Positions 57,123-64,000 of a stretch of 64,000 nt of DNA are shown piece after piece. Both the position numbers and the translations under genes were made by a program. The notes beneath the pieces were generated by a model, which saw nothing but the letters and a program-made list of their open reading frames with translations, did not search any database and was not told where the DNA came from. The stretch is from a virus: UHGV virus genome UHGV-0371278; one strand, written 5' to 3'. Every line of letters begins with the position of its first letter. The first letter of the stretch is position 1.

Positions 57123-57148
57123 TAATCCAATCCATCTGCATCAGTACA

Positions 57149-58879
57149 CTAGAAATCCTCGCCCAATATCTTGGCTCGCTCTGCCTTGACCCTGCGGATA
57201 TGCGACATTGCGTCATCATCAGAGACAGCGGCGTCATTCTTCCTGACCATATATATCAGCGCATCGTTGAATGACGGCAAGGACCCAATCATTTCCTGAC
57301 CGGCAACTTTATCAGCAGGCAGTAGCCATCCATTCAGGCCGTTCTTATTCGGAATGAATCCAAGCGATTTCAGGTGTGGAGTTAAATGGCGAGAAATCGG
57401 CTTCTTCCTGGCGAGAATATCGAACCACTTCAAGATTTCCACCGTATTGACACGCCACCCAGGAGTCTTGGAATTCCCACCAGGCTTAATCTCTTCAAAC
57501 TCGCAACTGATCAGGACATTGATCAGATACATATCAATCGTATCGTCGCGAACCACGCCACGCGCATTCTCCATTTCCGAAATAGAGAAGTTCTGGACTT
57601 CGCGGTTTGCTTCCGACACCATATTCAGGTAGCCATCGACGCCATGCTCTTCGATCCAGGCGCGGCACTCGGCCATCGCTTGCCAGAATTTGCGGCCGAA
57701 GTCGGTGAAGTCCACTTTGAACGGTTCGTTGCCGTCGCCTGGCTTTACCCAGTTCGGCTTTCCATCCTCATCGGGCAGTTGCGCCACGAACATTGGATAG
57801 AAACGGCGGTTACCAGAGTCGTCCCGCTGGAGTCCATCGTAGCCGTTGCCGTCCATGATGGTGATCCATTGTCGCTTGATCGTCTCGCCCGGCTCAAACT
57901 TCTGGTCGAATGTATCAGAAGATCGCACCAGGAACTCTTTGATGCGTTCCATGTCGCCCTTTTTGAAGCCGGACATTTCACCGACGTTCGCAATAACCGA
58001 GTTACCGGTGATGTTGCGCAGGAATGGTGTCTGGTCATGCCGGCTCAGGTCGAGCTGGACTGGAGCCAGATCGCGACCGCCCGACAGTTCCTTGCATATC
58101 AGCAAGCCGAAATAGGATTTACCCGCATCTTGCCCACCAATCAACGCCAGAGAAATCGGCGCCGAAATTCCCGGATAATTGATGCGACAGTACAGGCTCA
58201 GCCAGAAATACTTGCTCACCATCCGGTTCAATTCGGTGTCGAACGGCTTAAACAGATCGATCAGCAGCGTGCCAATTCGCTCTTCGCCGTCCCACTCCGG
58301 TATCTTCTTCTCAAACGTCTCGATCAGAGAGTTGCGGCGATATCGACGCGCCCAAACGCAGCAAGTCTCAATCGTCTTCTTGATCGAGGGATCGTCCAAG
58401 GCCGCAGCCGCGAGGGCGCCCATCAGGTCAATCGGGTCGAGGGTCTTGTTGTTGAACGCTACGCCGCGATGGTCCACCAGCCGGCCGCGAAACTCATCGA
58501 AGTGCGGATGCGGGACGGTTCCATCGCCCTTGCAGAACAAAGTATCGTACACCGCGAGATAGTTGCTGTCGGAAGTCGAGCTGTATTTCGTGATGAAGTC
58601 ATCGAACGGCCCTTTCACGACCCGGCTGACCGGAAGATCGAACGCCTGGTCGAGCATCAACAACCGCGCTCGCTTCCTCAAGTCTGGTTCCGCATACGCC
58701 TCGGCGTATCTTGCCGCCTTTTGTGCGCGATGCGTTTCGTTCCTCGCAATCGCATCATCGGCCGCCTTGCTCGCGGCGGTCATCAAAGGGTCCATTCCAG
58801 CATCTTCTATCTGTGTGAGATCAAACTCACTGGACCCTGATTCGCCATCATCAAAAATATTATCTTCGTCGATAATCAT
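57149..58879 (-). CDS. VirE-family P-loop protein (phage primase C-terminal domain-like)
   Basis: Walker A GGQDAGKSYFG inside a Virulence-associated E-like region. Confidence 0.65.
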   Translation of the reverse strand: MIIDEDNIFDDGESGSSEFDLTQIEDAGMDPLMTAASKAADDAIARNETHRAQKAARYAEAYAEPDLRKRARLLMLDQAFDLPVSRVVKGPFDDFITKYSSTSDSNYLAVYDTLFCKGDGTVPHPHFDEFRGRLVDHRGVAFNNKTLDPIDLMGALAAAALDDPSIKKTIETCCVWARRYRRNSLIETFEKKIPEWDGEERIGTLLIDLFKPFDTELNRMVSKYFWLSLYCRINYPGISAPISLALIGGQDAGKSYFGLLICKELSGGRDLAPVQLDLSRHDQTPFLRNITGNSVIANVGEMSGFKKGDMERIKEFLVRSSDTFDQKFEPGETIKRQWITIMDGNGYDGLQRDDSGNRRFYPMFVAQLPDEDGKPNWVKPGDGNEPFKVDFTDFGRKFWQAMAECRAWIEEHGVDGYLNMVSEANREVQNFSISEMENARGVVRDDTIDMYLINVLISCEFEEIKPGGNSKTPGWRVNTVEILKWFDILARKKPISRHLTPHLKSLGFIPNKNGLNGWLLPADKVAGQEMIGSLPSFNDALIYMVRKNDAAVSDDDAMSHIRRVKAERAKILGEDF

Positions 58880-59026
58880 GTTAGGGTTGCCGCCTTCTGC
58901 TTTACATGATCGGATTCAACATTGCCTCTACATATTGAGGCGAAAGGGACTGTTATTATCTCCTACCTAAACCGGCATAGCTAATAAGTTCCGTCCCCAT
59001 CCGAAAATTTCTGTACCGTTCGTCGA

Positions 59027-59212
59027 TTAAAATACGTCAAACGCAACGACGAACCAGAACGTCAAAGCGGAAAGACCGAAGAAGAAGCACAGAAGCGACG
59101 CGAGGAAGTTTGCGACTTGTATTTTCCACCCCTTTAGGCCTTCGAAGAAGATGATAAGGCCGAGGAACAGCAAGCCGATGGCGGTAATCAGAATTCCAGG
59201 ATCATTTTGCAT
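59027..59212 (-). CDS. small membrane protein (2 TM)
   Basis: hydrophobic 61-aa ORF. Confidence 0.4.
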   Translation of the reverse strand: MQNDPGILITAIGLLFLGLIIFFEGLKGWKIQVANFLASLLCFFFGLSALTFWFVVAFDVF

Positions 59213-59217
59213 AGTTA

Positions 59218-60294
59218 CTACTCCTCGCCGATATGACGGCGGTTGATGCGTTCAAGTTGTTCGACAATATACGGCAGGACGACTTCATCGGTGAAGGCCG
59301 CCCATGTCCGTCGATGCTCTTTGCGGCAAGTATCGTGCCCGCATCCGAACACATATTCGTGCTCGGCGCCAGGTATCGGTCCGCGAAAGTATGCGCCGAA
59401 AGGATCGCCATTTGTGTGCTCGTCGCCCCAGGGACAGCGGATGCGGTATTTGCCGGACATATTCTGCTGGACCTGGCCGCCTGCCGCTTCTCCCATCTTG
59501 TATTTCGTGCAGATGTGCTCGGCATACTTCAACCATACTTGGTCATACAACCAATCGTCGCGGTTTATCTCCACCTTCTTCATCTGTGGCATGATGATGC
59601 GGACGCCAAAGGCCTGGGCGATTTCCTCTGGTGAGTAGCGCTTGGAATAGTCTGCGTGATACAGGCGAACCAGTTCGGGCTTGCCGTTTTCGTCTGCATA
59701 TTTGAAGTTGCCGTCTTTCCCGCGCTTGTTGTTGAAGCCGAAAGGCATGCGACCATAACGGCTGACGTCTTTGACGGTGTTGTCGCCGCCTTTCTTTAGC
59801 ACCTGGTCCACGAACGAATAGAGCAGCGCCTTGAACTGGAGCATGTGGGCCATCGGCTCTTTGAAGAAATACCAGAACTGGTAGTTGTTCGGCGAAGTCT
59901 CCACAATCGCGGTCGGCTCCAGGCGTTCGCGGAACTCGTCGCGGTCGAAGTCGCCTTTGGAACCTTTGCCGGAGCCGATGTCATCGACCATTAACGCCAG
60001 GCCGTGGCCGAAAGAGGCCTCGCCGCGCCAGTATCGCATCTGGCCGGTCTTCGGGTTGGGCGTCTTGATGGATGACGAGATACAGGCATATGCGTTGGAT
60101 CTGGAATTGATGTACTTGCCTTCCTTCCAGGGAACTGGCCACCAGCCTGCGTTGAGCTTGCGGCCGTTTTCGTCGGTCTGGACTGTGGCCTCTTCAGCGT
60201 AGCCGACCATCACCCGTTCGTCGTCCGGAATCCCTCTGCCGAGTTCTCGCAGGAATTCTTCGGCCTGAGCCAGTCTTATTTCGTGAGGCTTCAT
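59218..60294 (-). CDS. archaeo-eukaryotic primase (prim-pol)-like protein with Cys/His zinc motif
   Basis: LALMVDDIGSGKG (DxD-type) and CPWGDEHT...CGHDTC; ATG at MKPHE overlaps upstream stop (ATGA). Confidence 0.5.
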   Translation of the reverse strand: MKPHEIRLAQAEEFLRELGRGIPDDERVMVGYAEEATVQTDENGRKLNAGWWPVPWKEGKYINSRSNAYACISSSIKTPNPKTGQMRYWRGEASFGHGLALMVDDIGSGKGSKGDFDRDEFRERLEPTAIVETSPNNYQFWYFFKEPMAHMLQFKALLYSFVDQVLKKGGDNTVKDVSRYGRMPFGFNNKRGKDGNFKYADENGKPELVRLYHADYSKRYSPEEIAQAFGVRIIMPQMKKVEINRDDWLYDQVWLKYAEHICTKYKMGEAAGGQVQQNMSGKYRIRCPWGDEHTNGDPFGAYFRGPIPGAEHEYVFGCGHDTCRKEHRRTWAAFTDEVVLPYIVEQLERINRRHIGEE

Positions 60295-60740
60295 GCAAGT
60301 CGCTCCGGGCGCCCCTTGCGTCGAGGCACTTCCACGAACTGTCGCGCAGCACTCGCCTTTCTGGCGGAGTTTAGTCCATCTTCGTGGACCCGACTCCATG
60401 CTTCCATGATCTTGTGCTGCCGCGCCTTTTCGAGCGCCGGGGGAATCTTCGCATCGTCGATGCCGCGCACCCACATGAACATCAGGAACGTCGCCAGGTC
60501 CAAGAGGTTGTTCTCATTTCCCTTCAGCGCATGTTCGGCGAATCCGTTGATCAGAATATCTTCGTCGCAGTCGATCCAGCCGCCTCGGCCTTTATCGCGG
60601 GAGCGCTGTAACTTCTGGCGGATCGCCGTTGCGAACATGGACAGGGCATACTCGTCCTGAGCTTCAGGCTTTGCCTTCCTGAGAACGTCGAGGCTGGTCA
60701 TGATGACTCCATCTACTGGTGAAGGTTTCTTCTGTTCCAT
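60291..60740 (-). CDS. hypothetical protein
   Basis: ORF in operon. Confidence 0.4.
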   Translation of the reverse strand: MEQKKPSPVDGVIMTSLDVLRKAKPEAQDEYALSMFATAIRQKLQRSRDKGRGGWIDCDEDILINGFAEHALKGNENNLLDLATFLMFMWVRGIDDAKIPPALEKARQHKIMEAWSRVHEDGLNSARKASAARQFVEVPRRKGRPERLA

Positions 60741-60895
60741 TACATGAATTCCTTACTTGGCACTTACCGCTCGCACCCGCAGCGGGCAGGATGGGCCTGT
60801 GGTTGCTGGCACGGCTGAGGATGCGCGGCCGGATCGATGGGTGAGGGAGCTACGGCGAGCATTTGCCGTAAATCTCGCCGATGCTGTTTACCGCG

Positions 60896-61273
60896 TCATA
60901 ACGCAGGGACTGACCGACATAGGTCATCTGCGATGTCGGGTCCATCGGTACGAGCTTCCACCCCCTCCGGCACGCTGTGCTGAGCCGAGCTGCCGGGCGC
61001 GGCGATAAACTTCCCATCTTCAAACGCCGTAGCCAATTCGGTCGCTACCCGCTGACACTGCTTCAAGTGGCCGACGAACAGTTCACGCGTTCCATCCCCC
61101 GCACGCACGCAGTATGGCCAGAAACCCTTCCCAGTTTTTTCTACGCGGTACCGCTCAAGCCCGAACACCTCCGGCACAACATCCGCCCTTGCGCGCAGTG
61201 CTGCGACTTCCTGCCTTAGCGCCTGGGCCTCGACCTGCCGGCGGCGCTCTGCCTGCACGTCGAGGCCCAGGCG
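60896..61273 (-). CDS. C-terminal continuation of the DnaJ-zinc-finger repeat protein, separated from it by an in-frame TAG
   Basis: same reading frame as 61274-62257; contains the third AAPGSSAQHSVPEG repeat. Confidence 0.35.
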   Translation of the reverse strand, partial: RLGLDVQAERRRQVEAQALRQEVAALRARADVVPEVFGLERYRVEKTGKGFWPYCVRAGDGTRELFVGHLKQCQRVATELATAFEDGKFIAAPGSSAQHSVPEGVEARTDGPDIADDLCRSVPAL

Positions 61274-62257
61274 CTAAGGCACCGAGTTGCCGGGCGCGGC
61301 GGCGAGCAGTTCGCGAGCCGCCAACAGAACCTGCTCTGTAGCCTCCATGCTCGTGGTGTATTCCGTCCGACTCGCTGCAAGATCGGTAACACGCTCGACG
61401 AACCGGTAGTCGAGAGTCCAGCCCTGTTCTTTTTCCTGCTCAGAAGCTTCCGGCACGCTGTGCAGGGCCTGGGTGAGCACGTCGGCGGATATGGCGCGCA
61501 AAAAGTTCTGAATTGCTCGCATATCTTCCTCGCTGGGTTCGTTACGCAGATACAGCACTACAGCTCTGGGATGTTCGGCATCGCGACCGATGCCAGATAT
61601 TTCCGGCACGCTGTGCTGAGCCTTGGCGACCGCTAGCGCCTCGTTGAGCCGGAACCCTTCGTGCACCCAGTCCGTCAACTTCCCTTCCAGCTCCGCGACC
61701 CTGGCCAAGGCGGCGTCGCGTTCCACTTTATAACGACAATAAGGATGGCCGTATTCATCGCCGACTACGCCGTCACAATAGCTCGCGGCCAGCTCGCTCC
61801 CGCGCTTTTCGGATTCGGCCAGTGCCTTTTCCAGCCGGCCGATTTCTTCAATGGCGTCTGCAAGCCTATTCGCATCGGTCTTTTCGAACTTAGGGGCAAT
61901 TTGAGGATTATCTTCGATTGGCTTCTGCGACCATTCGCTGATCCACCCCTGGCCGCGGCCATTGCAAACAGTACACTTCCCCCGAAGCAACGTCTGACCG
62001 ATTCCCTTGCAAGCGGCGCACTTCCCCAGAAACCCGACTTCGACGCGCTCAATCCCGGCCTTGGTGAGCGTCCATTCCATCCTAAGATGGCCGGTGCCTG
62101 CCCAGTTTTCGAATTTTTTCGCCTTTACATACCCCATCTGCCGAAGTTCATTTAGCGCCTGATTGTTGGGGCCTGTGAAGGCCGGCTGATCGGGATTGTT
62201 ATACAGATATAACAATGCGGTTTGATGGTGGTGATTCAAAGTCGGTTTATTATACAT
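61274..62257 (-). CDS. DnaJ-type zinc-finger (CAACKGIG/CTVCNGRG) protein with AQHSVPE repeats, ends at in-frame amber 61274-61276
   Basis: GAGGTG RBS upstream of ATG at 62257; CxxCxGxG x2. Confidence 0.45.
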   Translation of the reverse strand: MYNKPTLNHHHQTALLYLYNNPDQPAFTGPNNQALNELRQMGYVKAKKFENWAGTGHLRMEWTLTKAGIERVEVGFLGKCAACKGIGQTLLRGKCTVCNGRGQGWISEWSQKPIEDNPQIAPKFEKTDANRLADAIEEIGRLEKALAESEKRGSELAASYCDGVVGDEYGHPYCRYKVERDAALARVAELEGKLTDWVHEGFRLNEALAVAKAQHSVPEISGIGRDAEHPRAVVLYLRNEPSEEDMRAIQNFLRAISADVLTQALHSVPEASEQEKEQGWTLDYRFVERVTDLAASRTEYTTSMEATEQVLLAARELLAAAPGNSVP

Positions 62258-62267
62258 GCCATTCACC

Positions 62268-63053
62268 TCAATTACAGATGGCGATGTTGAGAACTTTATC
62301 GCGCCCGGCCGCGAACTTCTCCAGGAAGTCCACCAGGTCATTCAGGATGGTCCCCGCTCGACCTAGCTTGTGGCCGATCAGGAGCTGCGCGACTCGGTGT
62401 CCGACGAATTTCCCCGAAGGAATCTTCGGCCATGTTTCGCCGATGCTTTTGAGTACTGCATCAGTATAGGTTTTGTCCGCGCCGACTTTGTGGTGATCGA
62501 GGATCGTGCGATCACGAACGTATCGATTGATGATCCGCCGCAGGAACTCGTCTTCAGTCCCGGCCAGGGCGCCGCACTCGCGGAGTTGGCGCAGGAGACG
62601 CCACCCCAAGTTCCGCTCCCACTTTTCGGCGAACTCTTCGGCTTCGGCGAATGACGCTCGCATGATGTGATCGACTGGAATAATGACGGCGCCGCCTTCT
62701 TTCGTTCCGGCTTCCATGACCGCCCATTCGCCATGCTCGCGATGCTCGATGAAGCCGATCAGCATGCCGATGAAAGCTCCATCTTCCGGAACTCCGGTCA
62801 CGCGAACGACGGAATGGCGCGGGAAGGCTTTCGATCCATAAAGGCTGGACTGTGAATTGACCCATCCGGCCTTGGCCAAGTCGGATGCTTCGGCGTGGAT
62901 CAGCTCGCGACGGATGCGAACGGCCAGCGCCGGGTCCAGCTCGCGGCTGCGACGCAGGAAACCGGGCTTAAGGTTCGGGTCGCGGGTCTTGTCGACATTG
63001 GGATTCGGATTACCGACCGGGAGTTGGTCGCGGGAAATCTTGCATTCTTGCAT
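62268..63053 (-). CDS. hypothetical protein
   Basis: first gene of leftward early operon. Confidence 0.45.
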   Translation of the reverse strand: MQECKISRDQLPVGNPNPNVDKTRDPNLKPGFLRRSRELDPALAVRIRRELIHAEASDLAKAGWVNSQSSLYGSKAFPRHSVVRVTGVPEDGAFIGMLIGFIEHREHGEWAVMEAGTKEGGAVIIPVDHIMRASFAEAEEFAEKWERNLGWRLLRQLRECGALAGTEDEFLRRIINRYVRDRTILDHHKVGADKTYTDAVLKSIGETWPKIPSGKFVGHRVAQLLIGHKLGRAGTILNDLVDFLEKFAAGRDKVLNIAICN

Positions 63054-63219
63054 TTAATGTATCCTCTGTTTTGGAGGGCAGTGCAGGGCGGCGCTAGTAT
63101 CGGCCACTTTCCTGCCGAAGTAAAGTTGGATTAAATTCGCTCGCTTTGGCGAGTCAGCTGATAGTATACTCTTCCTGCGCAGAGGTAAAGCATAACTGTA
63201 CGTTATAAAGGAACATTCG
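63054..63219. promoter_or_regulatory. divergent promoter region
   Basis: 166-bp spacer between divergent genes; TAGTAT-like hexamers; small CTCGC-tttg-GCGAG palindrome. Confidence 0.35.
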
Positions 63220-63642
63220 ATGGCGGAACATATTTTAACTCACGAAGGCGCTGTGGTGTTCGAGGGGCGATCCCGAACGGTCAAGCTCCGGCGCGGCAAC
63301 CACCACTGGGTAGACTTCGATAGACATCGCTATAGCCCAAAGGACGGCCGCGCCGCTTCCCAGGCTATTAAGGGGGCGGTCCTGGTCCTTTCGACCGTCC
63401 GCTGGCTCCCTGGGGCCAAGGAGGCCGCAGAGCAGGCGAAGGCCTTCCCATATAAAGGAAGAGTCCACGCGCTCGGCGCCGCTTGGCATTATGTTCTGCT
63501 GCGGCGCACGAAGAACTTCTATGTCGATCCGCAAGGCCGCAAGTATCGTCGTGATACTGGATGGTCTGTGGACGGCTTGCTTAAACTGAGTCCCAATTCA
63601 ATTAAACCTAGCGTTGGAGAACGCAAATATGTCAGCATCTAA
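63220..63642 (+). CDS. hypothetical basic protein
   Basis: AAGGAA RBS. Confidence 0.45.
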   Translation: MAEHILTHEGAVVFEGRSRTVKLRRGNHHWVDFDRHRYSPKDGRAASQAIKGAVLVLSTVRWLPGAKEAAEQAKAFPYKGRVHALGAAWHYVLLRRTKNFYVDPQGRKYRRDTGWSVDGLLKLSPNSIKPSVGERKYVSI

Positions 63643-64000
63643 CTTCACCGTCGATCAGATCGAAGAGCGATTCGGATTCCGACCCAATAGCCAGCAGATC
63701 GACGCGATTAATTCCGTCGTTAACTGGTATCGTGGTTGGTGTGATCGAGCGCACCGCCGCCAGGTCTATCGACTCGCCGGTTTTGCCGGAACTGGTAAGA
63801 CTTCCATTGCGAAAATCATCGCCGAACTTTGCTGCTCGATGGACTGGACTGTTTTCATCGCGCCGACCGGAAAGGCCGCCGCGCGTCTTCGTGAGAAAGG
63901 CTGCGTCAATGCCAGGACTCTTCACAGCTTTATCTATCGACCGATTGGTGAAGATGAAGACGGCGAAATCATGTTCGCCAACAAAGACTCGCTTGACGAG
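63629..64000 (+). CDS. Dda/RecD-like SF1 DNA helicase, N-terminal fragment (runs off window end; not in ORF track)
   Basis: ATG 63629 overlapping previous gene; Walker A GFAGTGKTS and motif Ia APTGKAA; frame open to position 64000. Confidence 0.7.
   Translation, partial: MSASNFTVDQIEERFGFRPNSQQIDAINSVVNWYRGWCDRAHRRQVYRLAGFAGTGKTSIAKIIAELCCSMDWTVFIAPTGKAAARLREKGCVNARTLHSFIYRPIGEDEDGEIMFANKDSLDE

Noticed and set aside
57386-58840. 484-aa plus-strand ORF
   Set aside because: Antisense to the VirE-like gene, which has a Walker A motif.

Overview
The window is essentially one near-complete, high-GC (~58%) dsDNA tailed-phage genome of the contractile-tail (myovirus) type. Its gene content and layout are compatible with ~65 kb Pseudomonas/Burkholderia-type myoviruses; that comparison is from memory only and I cannot confirm a specific relative. 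The window starts inside the C-terminal third and ends inside the N-terminal third of the same kind of Dda/RecD-like helicase gene. This suggests it was cut from a circular or circularly permuted genome slightly larger than 64 kb.

Gene modules, in order:
- Plus strand, 0.7-16.1 kb: replication and nucleotide-metabolism module. It holds a Lys/Ala/Glu-repeat protein, a Rossmann-fold FAD/NAD(P)-binding oxidoreductase-like protein, a ThyX-like protein, a HAD-like phosphatase, a DnaQ-like 3'-5' exonuclease, a DnaE-type DNA polymerase III alpha-like protein, a VRR-NUC protein, an SNF2 helicase, a gp2.5-like SSB candidate, MazG and an ATP-dependent DNA ligase.
- Minus strand, 16.2-42.3 kb: lysis, tail and head module. 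It runs from a GH19 endolysin through a tail fibre and its assembly chaperone, gpI/J/V-like baseplate proteins, a tape measure protein with an SLT lytic-transglycosylase domain, two tail-tube paralogues and a sheath, to the major capsid protein, a DUF2213-like protease/scaffold, a Mu-F-like head protein, and a portal whose C-terminus looks like a family I inorganic pyrophosphatase.
- Plus strand, 42.5-48.9 kb and 50.4-55.4 kb: two islands of small ORFs, many translationally coupled. They separate the portal from the large terminase (48.9-50.3 kb, minus) and from a small-terminase-like gene (55.6-56.2 kb, minus).
- Minus strand, 57.1-63.1 kb: an archaeo-eukaryotic-type primase, a VirE-like P-loop protein and a DnaJ-type zinc-finger repeat protein.

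Most notable observations:
- A phage-specific promoter and conserved-leader family (GCTTTACT ... CATAATCTCTTCATCGAAACGCGAAAC) in at least nine copies.
- Two homologous noncoding elements bounded by inverted repeats (38.3-38.9 kb and 56.3-57.1 kb). The second lies next to the primase genes and carries iteron-like repeats, making it an origin candidate.
- The portal-pyrophosphatase fusion.
- An in-frame amber codon inside a repeat-containing gene.
- A +1 frameshift in a GTA-type 3TM-holin-like gene immediately upstream of mazG.

I found no rRNA, tRNA or CRISPR array by eye.
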